DNA from: Octopus vulgaris
Lineage: Eukaryota
Assembly: GCA_951406725.2 (NCBI GenBank)
Contig: OX597815.1
Span: 28,148,001 to 28,212,000, forward strand
Reading direction: 5' to 3'
Length of the DNA: 64,000 bases
Made by a program: the position numbers and the translations under genes. Shown piece by piece: positions 1-13,375 of the stretch (the first letter of the stretch is position 1; the number at the start of each line of letters is the position of its first letter). The notes under the pieces were generated by a model, which did not search any database, was not told where the DNA came from, and saw only the letters and a list, made by a program, of their open reading frames with translations.

Positions 1-218
1 ACACACACGGGCATATACACATACACATTTGGACTCATACACACACACACACATATGGAAAAGGCATAACTATTCAAGGCAAATTGGTCTGATAAGATAC
101 TGAAACATTAAAATAAATACAGAAATTTTAGGTAAATGTTCTTTTTTTATACATATATATATATATAAGCAAAACATTTAGTTTCTTTATGAAAAGTAAT
201 AGAAGATATATTTCTTAC

Positions 219-310
219 TTTTTGCCCCTTTCTTTCTTATATGTTCCGCCATACTTCTGTCTCCGGCCAATAATCTCAGCGATTTCAGGAATAAAGCTTG
301 TAAATATACC
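219..310 (-). CDS. slo: Slowpoke/BK channel exon, S6 C-terminal half and C-linker ([31 protein letters not shown]), 92 nt, phase 0->2; gene continues beyond the window's left edge
   Basis: Acceptor aatatcctag, donor AAAAA|gtaaga. Contains the [16 protein letters not shown] motif. The 92-nt length matches the homologous vertebrate exon as I recall it. Not in the ORF track. Confidence 0.95.
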
Positions 311-729
311 CTAGGATATTTAAAGAATAAATAAATAGCAATTAAGTTTTATTACAATAGAATATAAAAACATATCAATTTCTCATAGTTTATATCTTGA
401 GATGTTATGAAACTGTTAATCTTGACAAAATGGAGTTTTATAAAATATCATAAATATTTATCTCACTTATCTTTTGAGTTAGATATAAAACTGGTAATCT
501 GTTTTGCTTATCTAAGCAATTTATTTTGAATGATTGATGCTGAAAATTGTTTGAATTCCTTATATTTTGAATTTTTCAGTTTGCTGGGAAGCTTTTTTGA
601 AACAGAAATATCATATGAAATAAAACATATGATATTTAATATAAAACTGATTCATATCTATATTTTCACGAATATTTCATTCAAATAGAAAGAATTTTCT
701 TTCTCCACCTACTCATCCATCATATATTC

Positions 730-1095
730 TTTTATTTTTTGCTTGGTTCAGTTTTTGTACTACAGTCATGTTGTAGCACTGCCTCAAAGCGTTTAGTCAA
801 ACATATGAACCCCAGCACTTATTTTTAAGGCTTGTACTTATTCTGTCAGTCTCTTTTTGCAAAGTTATGGGGATATAAACAAACCAACACTGGTTGTCAA
901 GCAGTGCTGGGGACAGACACAAATACAAAAGCCATGCACACATGTATGTGTGTGTATGACAGGCTTCTTTCATTTTCCGTCTACCAAATCCAAACCCAGT
1001 GCTATTGTAGAAGACACTTACCCAGAGTGTCAAATAGTGAGACTGAACCCCAAACCATGTGGTTGGGAAATAAACGTCTTACTACACAGCCATGC
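730..1095 (-). mobile_element. SINE family A, older diverged copy
   Basis: Degenerate match to the adjacent 1097-1510 copy. Confidence 0.7.
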
Positions 1096-1096
1096 T

Positions 1097-1302
1097 TACT
1101 CTTTACTCGTTTCAGTCATTTGACTGCAGCCATGCTGGAGCACCGACTTTAGTCGAGCAAATCGACCCCAGGACTTATTCTTTGTAAGCCCAGTACTTAT
1201 TCTATCAGTCTCTTTTGCCGAATCACTAAGTGACGGGGACGTAAACACACCAGCATCGGTTGTCAAGCAATGCTAGGGGGACAAACACAGACACACACAT
1301 AC

Positions 1303-1345
<43 letters not shown>

Positions 1346-1510
1346 TACGACAGGCTTCTTTCAGTTTCCGTCTACCAAATCCACTCACAAGGCATTGGTC
1401 AGCCTGAGGCTATAGCAGAAGACACTTGCCCAAGATGCCACGCAGTGGGACTGAACCCGGAACCATGTGGTTGGTAAGCAAGCTACTTACCACACAGCCA
1501 CTCCTGCGCC
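1097..1510 (-). mobile_element. SINE family A (tRNA-derived head, internal TA/CA microsatellite), full length
   Basis: Head GGCGCAGGAGTGGCTGTGTGGTAAG..GGTTCAGTCCC with pol III A/B-box-like motifs. Tail CCAGCATGGCTGCAGTCAAATGACTGAAAC. More than a dozen copies in the window. Confidence 0.88.
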
Positions 1511-1783
1511 TTGTCAATGTTTTTAGTTTCTTTTTTTTATTTAGTGTTAAAATAACTCATTCAAATTTTGGGGAAAGTTAGTCAATTACATCAACTTCAC
1601 TGCTTAACTAGTAATTATTTTATCGACCCAGAAAGAATGAAAGGCAAAGTTGACCTTAGCAGAAACTGAAATCGGAATGTAGACATTTACAAGAAATTCT
1701 GTAAAGCCTTCTTTCTGATTCTCTAACAATCCTACCAACTCAATGGCTTTTTAATGTTAAAATAATACTAAGAAGTTGCGGAT

Positions 1784-2058
1784 AGGTGCAGGCATGGCTG
1801 TGTGGTAAGAAGCTTGCTTCCCAACCACATGGTTCCAGGTTCAGTACCACTGCATGACACATTGGTCAAGTGTCTTTTACTATAACTTTGGACTGGCCAA
1901 AGCTTTGTGAGTGGATTTGGTAGACAGAAACTGAAAGAAGCCTTTCGTATATATGTGTGTGTATGTGTATATATATATATATATATTATATTCGGTGAAA
2001 TTTGATTTAGTATTTCTAAATTGAATTTTTCCCTGTAAGTTTGGAATAATATTCCCTC

Positions 2059-2109
<51 letters not shown>

Positions 2110-2290
2110 CTATGCGTATGTGTGTGTTTACATCCCTGTAATTTCACAGTTTGGTAAAAGAAACTGATAGAATAAGTACTAGGCTTAAAAATAAGTCCTG
2201 GAGGTCAATTTGTTTGACTAAAATCCTTTGAGGTGGTGCTCCAGCATGGCCACAGTTCAATGACTGAAACAAGTAAAAGAGTAAAAGAAT
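1784..2290 (+). mobile_element. SINE family A with a ~70-bp insert in its (TA)n
   Basis: Head ggtgcaggcatggctgtgtggtaag, tail tgactgaaacaagtaaaagag. Confidence 0.85.
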
Positions 2291-4510
2291 AAACTACAAG
2301 TGAGTATTAATCGTACAGTCTTTAAATTGGAAACCATTTATTCCGATTTTTAAATCTCAGGATGGCATACCTACAAATGTCAGTTTTATTTGATCGGTTA
2401 TTTTTGTGGCTATAGTTTTGTTTGAGCAGCACTGACTGGGACATTCTAACTACAACAACATCTTTATGACTAACATCCCATTCTCAGTTTTTCATCTGAT
2501 AGGCCAAAGTTACTCATCTAGTTCCACACTCACCCGTCTTTCTTTGCCTGTCTCCGCCCTGTGTATTATCAACTATCATCTTGCAGCATTCCCAGAGTGT
2601 ACCATCTATTTTTGTCATGTTTCTAAACAGTTACCTATGCCTGAATAAATTCTCAACTCTCTTGCATGTAGTGAACGTATGAACTTCTTCATTTCACACC
2701 CAATTAACTATCTTCAACCAAGCCCAGATGACACACTAGTTTCTCCTCCTCTCATCAAACAAACAGTCACTCCACTACCACCACCTGCCAGGCTTTGTAC
2801 TAACTACAACACACACACATTCATTCCTTTTACAGAATCATCTCAGTTCTTTGGAATCTCCTCCCTAACCATGTTTTCTTGCTGACAGCAACATACAGAT
2901 GTTCATATTGAAAATCAACTGTATCAATCTCACCAATTGTTCTGTGTAAATCCTTTGCTGTTATTTGTTTACTTTTACATCGTAATTGGTGAACAGTAGA
3001 ATTGTTAAAGATTTCCAATGGTACAATTATTGGTTCTTAGCATTTCTGATGGCAGGTGGGATGAGAGAGTGAGACAGAGGGAGTGAAAGAGGGAGAGAGA
3101 GAGAGAGAAAGAGAAAGAAAGAGAAAGAAAGAGAGATTGGAGCTTAAGCATCACAAGAGATTTCATTTAAAAATGACTTGGTTTTCAGTTTTTTTATTTA
3201 GGTTTACATCTTCCATCAATGAACACAAGTAAAAGATCCATCCATCCATCCATGCTTGTATGTATGTATGTATGTATGTATGTCTCGCTTTCTCTCTCTG
3301 TCTAAATATTGTTTTTTTTTTAAATAATGAAATAATAATAATAATAATGAAATTATTGTATACAGTGCTCAGGTGCACCACATATACATATGTATATGTA
3401 TATATGAATTTGTTGAGGTCGATTCTTTTTTTATGCTTGGATACCCATCCTGTTGCAAACTCTGACCTATTTCCAAGCAAGGTAATATATTTCCATGGCC
3501 AGACATGCTTTTACAAAAGAATGGAAATGAATGACATTGCTTGTATGACAGTTGATTTTCATTTCAACAATCATATAAGGTCAAGATAAGGAAACACACA
3601 CACAGATATTACCTAAATAGGTGAGGGTTTGTAACAAGAAGAGCATCTGGCTGTAGAAAATCTGCTTTAACAAAGTCTATCTGATCTATGCACACACACA
3701 CACACACACACACTGAATTTGTGCATATTTTCTGCTGACCAAATCTAACTCACATGGTGTTGGTCAATGCAAAGCTTCAGGAAAGTGATTTGCTCAAGGT
3801 ACCAAATTGTGGGACCAATCCTTGAAACATGATTGCAAAGCAAATTTCTTAACTACATAGCTTTTCTGCTCATATTAACTTCTGTTATTTGTGTTGGTCA
3901 GAGAGATATAAAAAGATTAATTGCTTATTCTTCTATTGGTCATATGGGGGTAATGTTAGCAGGGATAATTAGGGGATTTATTATTGGTTGAGAAGGGGCT
4001 ATTTTGATAATGGTTTGTCATGGGCTATGTTCTTCAGGCTTATTTTGTTTGGGAAATTTAATTTATGAAAAAATTAATAGTCGAAGATTATTTTTATGTG
4101 GGGGGATAATTAATTATAATCCTATAATGAGTTTATTAATCCAGACCAGTGGTTCTTAACTCAGGGTTCACATGACCCTTGGGGATCCATAACAGATTTA
4201 ATTGATAATTATGTGCAATAAATCAGTTTGCAATGCATAAAATACTTTAAGAATTTTTTTCATACAATTCTTAATAATATTTAATTATAAAAATATAATA
4301 AGATTTTTTAAAACATTAAATGGCTATGGAGGTCCAGTAGGAATAGAATAAGGGTTCAAGGGGTCTATAGGCAAAAAACGATTGAGGTTTTGTCCAAGGC
4401 ACCAAACAGAGTATCATAATTCCAATACAGAAATTGTACAATTACAAATCAAATTATTTTATTTTCAGAGAAAAGGGTTTTATACTTTCGATAATGTTTA
4501 TATTCCTTAA

Positions 4511-4731
4511 CCCTTTTGTTACCAACCCGGCTGAAACCGGCTCTGGCTCTGTTGTACAAATGTCTTGTTTTCATAAGTTTTGAATTAAAATCTTCCACCA
4601 AACCTTAGTCACAATTTATGTTCCTAATACAAGCTGAATGATAACTAAGTTATTTTACTAAATTCTTTGTTATAGTTAAAGTAATTGAAAGAAACACAGA
4701 ACATCTCAAAATAAATACAGTAATGAAAGGG
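4511..4731. mobile_element. piggyBac-type MITE
   Basis: TTAA|CCCTTTTGTTAC…GTAATGAAAGGG|TTAA: TTAA TSD and ~12-bp imperfect TIR. Decayed relatives near 29995, 34438 and 50100. Confidence 0.8.
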
Positions 4732-5028
4732 TTAATGCTATTTTTAAATATATAAATATTTTAATGCTAATTTGAACCACAGATTCTTAAAATTAAAGAT
4801 ATTCAAGTTGATATCAAAAACAGGATATATATTTAAGTTGCATATTATTAAAGTTTGTAAAGTGTTAACAATGATAGTATGTGAGGGTAATTTTGGAAAT
4901 TTAAATCCCTGCTAAATGCTAACATAAAACATTATTTTCAAGGAATTTAGTGAATGTAGTATATGATAAGCATGTTTGTATGCTTGTATATAAGAGTGTG
5001 ATTGTGCATGTGAAAATGTGTTCACGTA

Positions 5029-5077
<49 letters not shown>

Positions 5078-6952
5078 ATGCATGTATGTATGTGTCAATA
5101 TGTATACATGTACATATAAATATGCACATCCACATACCTTTCGAAATTGGATTACAGAAAAAGAGGAAGTAATCAAGATATGGGGTTGTAGATATCCCCA
5201 GGTGCAAGTGTGAAGAGGTACAAAAAACACTCTCACTTATGTCTGTTAACTGAAATGGGTGTGCCTAAATTGTCTTTGCTTCAGGTACATAGAAACCTTG
5301 TTATGCTACTGCTAAATTTAAGAAAGAGGTGAGGAGAATATAAGAAGCAAATTTGAAAGTATTATTGACAAATTCTGTTATAGATTTCTTTTCAACTTAA
5401 GGATTAGGTTAGTTAAATGAAATATGAAGCGAATTGATGAGTAGAATCACTAGATCATTAGTCAAGGTCATATTTTAATCAAGGTCACTTATAACATCTC
5501 AGTCGTGTTTACCTTTAACTAATCCAAAACTCACAAGGCTTTTGACCTATTTATATTTGCAATATAAAAAGCATTGTGCCTCTTTTCTGCACCTGCTGAA
5601 AGAAAATTGGCAAGATAGGAATACTAACGTTCCAAACAGCAGTGCTGTGTTTGTGAAGCAGAGGAAATAAAGTGGTGCCAACAGCTGATATCACCAAAAT
5701 AGCAGTTTGATGATACCCAAGTGAATATTAGTGTTGGCAATCAAGAAACATAACCCAGATATTTCAAAAGAAAGGGCTTGGATTATATTAATGATATTAC
5801 TTTCTACAAAGACAGTTTATTCAACAAGAAAGTTCTATGGTTTCACTGAGGATTCTTACACTGTCAACATATTTTGTCTTTATTCCAGGAAAATCATAAA
5901 TTCTTTTATGACTCACCACACCTTGTAAAATAATATATGAATGTCCTCTCAATGTACAAAGTTGCTGCAGCACCACTGAAAACGTTCTCTTTTGTGCATT
6001 AAATTGTAGCAGTAAGAAAATTATTTGGGAAGAGTACAGATATGAAGAGGTGCAAAATTTACTGTGGCTCACCATGTTTGTTAATTAAAATGGGTGCTCC
6101 AAAATTGTTCTTGCTCTTGGGCACCAAGAACCATTGCAATGCTACTACTAAATTTCAGACTTGATCTCATGGCCAGTTTAACTCCATTTCTTGTCTCATG
6201 GGTGTCTTTAGTGGTGTCTTCCTAGTTGCAAGCATTCAGTTTAGGTCAAGTGAGAGGACAATTTATGCTCTTTCTCCAGTCAGTCATGGAGTCTCTGAAA
6301 GGGTCATGAATACTTCCCTTCATTTCCTGACTAGGAATAAAAAAGATTTGGCTGCCACTTCTTGCAGAACGTATGGCCATGTAGAGATTGCACCATCATC
6401 ATATCATTAGCTGTTTTCTAACTTTCTAAATTCTCTACTCTCAGATAAGTTAGGTATTAAGGGTTTAATATCTAACTGTTGGGCAGAGTATAATTCTACA
6501 GACAGGATATAAAATCACAGTTGTTCAGCTGAAAGATTAATAGCTTAACCCTTTTACTGTAAAAATCAGATACATCCACTCAAAATTTCCTTACTTCTAT
6601 CTGTGAAAAACAGTTTTATATACCAATCTATCTTTTGTTGAGAAATGTCATGTTTGAAACTGTTTTCTGTTGAGATATGTCAATTGTACTCAGGAATTAC
6701 CAATTATATATTTTTGGTAGATATTTAACATTCTCACTGGAATTACCATGAAATTTAATTTCATAGTTAATTACTCAGTTACTGAAGTGCCTCTATCGAT
6801 GTATAAAACCTGTCAATGAAATTAGATAGAAGGAAACTGCATAAAAGTGTATTGGATAGGCTGTACTTATACATCTGATGCCCAACTTAATCCCCCAACT
6901 TCTTGGTCCTGGATGTGTTTAACAAATTCCATGCAACTGCAATCATTTATAT

Positions 6953-7153
6953 CAGTGGTTCTCAAGTGAGGTCTATATGACACTTGAGGGTCCATATAAA
7001 AGTTTTTTGTTAAAGTTTATGAGCAATAAATTGCTTATACTTCAATTTTTTTTATATACAATTCCTAATATTTAATATGATTTTTTTAAACATGGGAGTC
7101 CAGTAGAATAGAGTAGGAATCAATGGAGTCCATAGGTAAAAAGAGAACCACTG
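6953..7153. mobile_element. hAT (Charlie-like) MITE
   Basis: Termini CAGTGGTTCTC…GAGAACCACTG. A related truncated copy lies at ~4147-4387. Confidence 0.72.
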
Positions 7154-7671
7154 GTTTAGACTAAGTCTCTAGTTAGCAGATAAACCATGAGCAATGGTTT
7201 CTTCTCCGAACCTCAATCTCAGAAGCTAATAGCTTCTCTGTACATGGGCTGCAGGGCTTTCACAAGCCCTCAACTATTGATAACTTTCTTAATAACAACT
7301 GAACAACAAAGTGTGGTACCTTTCAAAGGCATTCCTCAGGTCACCAAATGCTAGCTATAATGACTGATTCTTAAGAACTTTTGATATTGTCTTATCAGTG
7401 CAGTGATGTTTGTGTCATTTCCATTGTCAATTAGTCATTTTCTGGCTTCACACTTTTGAAGATGAGTGGAATTTGATATTCCTTACTTAACTAACAAAAG
7501 TTAGTAGCTGTAAAACAATGCACCAATGATATATTTAGTTAACTCAGGCCAGCCTAGAAAAATGGATGTAAAGATGAACAAATGAACGAGTACAAATAGG
7601 AGTACCGAAACAAACAGCATATACTCTGCACTTAATATTGTGGAGTTTGCTTATATAAATATGTATGCATA

Positions 7672-7812
7672 AGCACAGTTGTGGCTGTGTGGTAAGAAGC
7701 TTGCTTCTCAATTACAGGGCAAGTAGCACCTTGGTTAAGTGTTTCTACTATAGTTTTGGGCTGACCAAAGCCTTGTGAGTAGATTTGGGAGATGGAAATT
7801 GAGAGAAGCCTG

Positions 7813-7846
<34 letters not shown>

Positions 7847-8174
7847 TGTTGTGTCTGGGGAGAGTCATTTTCTTTTTGTGCCTTATAATATAACACACTC
7901 GCCGGTAAAATTTGCACTTCTTTCTTATTTTTATTCTCCTAAAATTTTCGTTGCGTCTTGCAACCTTTTCGATAGTTTTGACTCAAAAACTATTGAAAAG
8001 GTTGCAAGACAACGAAAATTTTAGGAGAATAAAAATAAGAAAGAAGTGCAAATTTTACCGGTGAGTGTGTTATATTATAAGGCACAAAAAGAAAATGACT
8101 CTCCCCAGACACAACAGTATATACTTCAACACACGAACTTATATAAAGAATCTTGCAAACCAAATCCAAAAACG

Positions 8175-8217
<43 letters not shown>

Positions 8218-8455
8218 TATTTCTATGTGTGTGTGCATGTCTTTGTGTATGTGTTGTCCCCCACTACTGCTTGGGAACTGGTGCTGGTGTGTTTACATCC
8301 CATAACTTAGCGGTTGAACAAAAGGAACTGATGGAATAACTAGCAGACTTAATGAAAATAAATAGTGGGATCAATTCATTCAACTAAAAAATTCTTCAAG
8401 GTGATGCCTCAGCATGGCCACAGTCTAATGACTGAAACCAGTAAAAGATAAAAAG
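7672..8455 (+). mobile_element. SINE family A interrupted by a fold-back element
   Basis: Head at ~7672 and tail at ~8455 flank the 7846-8177 insertion. Confidence 0.8.
7846..8177. mobile_element. Penelope-like fold-back insertion (~135-bp inverted arms plus ~60-bp one-sided extension)
   Basis: 7846-~7980 is the reverse complement of ~7985-8117. Same sequence as the 32265 and 35694 copies. Confidence 0.75.
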
Positions 8456-8684
8456 ATGCATACATATACATACATGCACACATGCATATACATACAAAGG
8501 TTTTCTAAGAAAAAGCAAGAGGAACAGACAATTATCCTTCAAATCCAATCTATTAGTGGTACAGTAACAATTTGTAAGACATTCCAAAGTCTCTCCATTT
8601 AAGATTCTTTAAATGAATATATACACATGCTTGGTTGTGTGTATCTACAAAGACACAAGACACATGTGAAAAGTAATCATGCCT

Positions 8685-8945
8685 CACTGCATGGCACCTT
8701 GGGCAAGTGTCTTCTACTATAGCCTCGGGTCGACCAAAGCCTTGTGAGTGGATTTGGTAGACAGAAACTGAAAGAAGCCCATTGTATATATGTGTGTGTA
8801 TATATATATATATTTAAACACATAGGGAATCCACTTATAGGGATTCTACACGCTAGAAAGAATAGCTATGTTCTATAACCACTGGAAATGTAAATTTAGA
8901 TTAAATGCTTTTAATTTTAATTAAATTCCATTTCTCTTTGATATG

Positions 8946-8981
<36 letters not shown>

Positions 8982-9400
8982 TTATCATCATCATCATTGA
9001 TTAACGTCCGCTTTCCATGCTAGCATGGGTTGGACGGTTCAACTGGGGTCTGGGAAGCCAGAAGGCTGCACCAGGCCCAGTCTGATCTGGCAGTGTTTCT
9101 ACAGCTGGATGCCCTTCCTAACGCCAACCACTCCGTGAGTGTAGTGGGTGCTTTTTACGTGCCACCGGCAATATATGTGTGTGTGTGTGTGTTTGTATGT
9201 CTGTGTTTGTCCCCCCAACATCGCTTGATTGACATCTGATGGTGGTGTGTTTACGTCCCCCGTAACTTAGCAGTTCAGCAAAAGAGACCGACAGAATAAG
9301 TACTAGGCTTCCAAAGAATAAGTCCTGGAGTTGATTTGCTCGACTAAAAGGCGGTGCTCCAGCATGGCCACAGTCAAATGACTGAAACAAGTAGAAGGGT
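8685..9400 (+). mobile_element. SINE family A (5'-truncated) with two nested insertions (~8815-8950 and family C at ~8984-9170)
   Basis: The left half ends gaagcccattgtatata and the right half resumes at ~9171 after the nested pieces. Confidence 0.8.
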
Positions 9401-9696
9401 ACATAGACACACATATACAAACAAACACCTGAGTACTAACAATGTTCATGCAGAACATAAATGCTGATGCATACACTTGCATACATGCACACACTAGTTC
9501 AACCACACGTTTACAAACACCAAAAGTTGTCTTAACTCTAAAAGTCTTGTCATTCTGATAGCAACTGATTTGAACTTCATGAAGAAGTTCTTTGAATAAA
9601 TCTCAAAGAAAACAATACACACATGGATGGATGTATCTCCATTGTTTGAGAAAGAGAATTCAGTTGTTCAATCAACTTGCTCATCAGATCAACATA

Positions 9697-10099
9697 TTAT
9701 TTCTTTATCGCCCACAAAGGGCTAAACATAGAAGGGACAAACAAGGACAGACAAAGAGATCAAGTCAATTACATCGACCCCAGTACGAAACTGGTACTTT
9801 ATTTATCGACCCTGAAAGGATGAAAGGCAAAGTTGGCCTCAGCGGAATTTGAACTCAGAATGGAGCAGCAGACGAATTACCTATTTCTTTACTACCCACA
9901 AGGGGCTAAACATAGGACAAACAAAGGGATTAAGTCGATTACATCGACCCCAGTGCGAAACTAGTACTTTATTTATCGACCCCGAAAGAATGAAAGGCAA
10001 AGTCGACCTCGGCGGAATTTGAACTTAGAACGTAACGCCAGACGAAATATGGCTACGCATTTCGCCCGGCATGTTAATGTTTCTACCAGCTCACCGCCA
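9697..10099 (-). mobile_element. SINE family B, tandem/partially duplicated pair
   Basis: Two head-to-tail copies of the B body (~9697-9878 and ~9880-10099), reverse complement of the 38078 copy. Confidence 0.82.
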
Positions 10100-10864
10100 G
10101 AGGCTCTTTCACACACACATGTACACATAATGTATTTCTAAGGCAGAACCAGCAGGACACAGTATGTGACAAGGCTGTACTTTTGAATTACAGATACAAT
10201 TCCTTCAATGTGGTTCTACACAGGTCCCAGCTACCTAATTTCAGTTACAAAATATGGGCAGATCCTAGGATGTGCAAAATGAAACATGCTTGGTAGTTTA
10301 GTGGGTCGGTGTTTTCTGAACATAATCCATTTAGATATCTATAATATACAGACACAAAGATATGTGTGTTATGTAAAAAGAGAGCAGCTAAAATATGATC
10401 AGAGAATGTACTAATGAAAACGCAGTGCTGAATATAACACGAAAGATTAGGTTAATAGTCCAGTTAATAAATACTGTTCCAGTGAAATAGTTTGAAGGTA
10501 TTTTATTTTCAAAAAAAGCCAATGAGCAACATAGAAAAACAAAACAAAACAAACAAATAAAACCCCACAAAGGAAATAGAATGATTTTTTTATATATTTT
10601 ATAAGCAACAAAATGTGTTTCTCAAAGTTGTTTGATTCAGTTTGATTCAGTTTGAAGAGCTTCTTCAAAATGATGTACATGTGTATGTATGTGTAAGAAT
10701 GTGTGTATGACACTAATCCAGCATGGCTACAGCCTACATTCACACATACATACACACATACAAACATACATACATACATACATACATACATACATACACA
10801 CACTATATATATGTAGGGAGAGAGAAAAAAAGAAAAAGCAAGAGGTACAGAGGGAAAGAGATAG

Positions 10865-10896
<32 letters not shown>

Positions 10897-11771
10897 GGAG
10901 AGAGAGATGTAGATCTATGTATGTGCAAATGTGTGCGTATTTGTGTATATAGTAAAAAAAATATGAAAAATATTGTTATTGCCAGAAATTTCAATTAATT
11001 GGCATACACTGACAGAAGAAAGGAATGGAAAACTTGCTTGAAATCTTATAGGTGGTCCATGATAGACATTAGTTAAATAATTTATTTAGCATCAGGTGAA
11101 ATGGTAGAGGCATATGGATAATAATTCTTGAAGTGGGTTGAAAAAAAAATAGCCATCATACTTTTTATGCTTATCATGTATTAATTCCTAGAACATCCCT
11201 CCTTCTCCTTATCATCATAGCCATCATCATTATTATGTCTACTGATGTTAATTCTGAAGTGCCTGAGAAAAACTCATCGGCAGTTTTTTTTTCTTATAGT
11301 AGAAGGGAAAATGTTGAGGTCAGAGCTATAAAAGAGCAGATGCAAAGAGAATACAGATATGTTTTGACTAGTAAAAGTACAGTGACTATGGGGCCAGAGA
11401 TCAAATGTTACAGAATCAAGCCTAATTATTAGAAATAGGATCAAATCTGATATTGCTCTGGACTTTTCTCTTTCATCATTAAAGCTTGTGAGAAGCAGTG
11501 GCTGATTGGATACATTATACTTTTTTGATAATGAGTTCATACCTCGTATCTCACTATGGATTTTGAAGTTAAATGTACTTGATTTTAATTTTCTCTTTTC
11601 TTTATTAGTTAATCTGAGGAGGAGAGGACAGACAGTTAGGTGGACAAGATATTAGAAAATTAGTAAAGATATTGGTGAATCATGCTATCAATGGAACTAT
11701 GATGTGTTTCTGATTCATTCATTTAACTCTCAAATGACTCAGATTAGGGGAATTTCAGAGATATGTTGTTG

Positions 11772-11776
<5 letters not shown>

Positions 11777-11850
<74 letters not shown>
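11777..11850. repeat. (GA)n microsatellite
   Basis: Directly visible. Confidence 0.97.
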
Positions 11851-11853
<3 letters not shown>

Positions 11854-12289
11854 AGAAGTATTGGATAAAAATACCTGGACAAAAGCTAGTAGGTTTGAGA
11901 CTGGTATATCAGAAGGAAGAGATAAAATTGCAATGAGTGAGATTTTGTGAAGGGGAAGGGTACACATCCAGCTACTTTGAAGAAATAGAAAGTGTTTTAA
12001 GGAAGTGAGAAGGCTTTTCTAAAATGGCAAAGATGTCATTTGAAGGAGATTTAGTTGCAGTTTCTAGTAAACCAAAAACAGATAAACTCAATGTAGGTTC
12101 AATGATTATCTATCAATAGCATGGGCCCTCAGAAATTCTGGGCTGGCATTCAGCATGCTGGAAGACCACTGGAAGCAAAGCTTTTGCTAAAGCATATCTC
12201 TAGAACCTGTTAGATACCAGGCTACGTCTGCTCTGATAATTGGTGGTGATTTAGTCAGCAAATTCCCTGTTATGGCCGACAATAAACAG

Positions 12290-12427
12290 CAAGTTGAGCT
12301 GCTATGTTACTTATTCTGTCTATATTGCCAAACCACTAAGTTATGGAGGCATAAACAAACCAACACTGGTTATCAAGTGGTGGTGGGGGACAATCACAAT
12401 TACAAAGGCACACACACAAAAACACAA

Positions 12428-12487
<60 letters not shown>

Positions 12488-12675
12488 ACACACACATATA
12501 TCACACATACACACACAATAGGCTTCTTTCAGTGTCCATCTACTAAATCCAGTCACAAGGCTTTAGATGGTTCAAAGTTATAGTTGAAGACACTTGCTCA
12601 AGGTGCAGCAGTGGGATTGAACCTGGAACCACGAGGTTAAGAAGCAAACTTCCAACCACATGGTCACAGCAGCAC
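12290..12675 (-). mobile_element. SINE family A, diverged
   Basis: Matches the family A body around a CA/TA microsatellite. Confidence 0.7.
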
Positions 12676-13375
12676 CCCATCAATTATTCCTTGGAATGCA
12701 TTTATAATGTAAAACTAATTAATAAATATAATTTTTCCAGAAATATATCATCATCATCATTACACCTTTATCATACTCACTAAAACGATGCTGTTGTTGT
12801 TGTTGCTTAGCCCCAGTTGTTCAATTCAACTCTGTTTCAGTGATTTTAGGACTATATTAACCAATGTTTATTTCATAATCTTAAGACAACAGAACGTAAT
12901 TTGAGGGAGATTTGGTTGCAATTTCTATCCAGTTGAATGACTTCGTAGAAATTCCTATATTGGCATAATGCTGTTCTGTTTTAACCCCAGGTCAGCCTTG
13001 ATCCTGCAGTAACCATTCTGCATAATATATCTTGGGTTACATTATGCCTATAACTGGTTTCAACATAGATTCCAGTTACACAAAATTCAGAAAGTATTTA
13101 TTATGAAACTATGGCAGAAGACATTTACTCCAAGAGCAACAAAGTAGGATTGAACCCACAACCACATGGGTTGCAAAATGAACTCCTTAATCATACAGCT
13201 ATGCCAACATAACCATACAGCCATCTCTGCACCCATTGTATGATTTGAAGGAGAGTTGGTTGCTATTTCTAGCAGGTCAAATAACCATGCAGAATCTTTT
13301 AGTTTAATGCCTGACCCTAATAATGGCTTAGATTAAATGCTATTGAAAGAATAACGGCAAATAAGATTTACTTAC

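Noticed and set aside
2527-2610. Apparent minus-strand exon (ag…GG|gtgagt) in the pore-to-S6 intron
   Set aside because: The translation has no Slo similarity and fits a decayed RTE LINE C-terminus (…G.R.RKTW-like).
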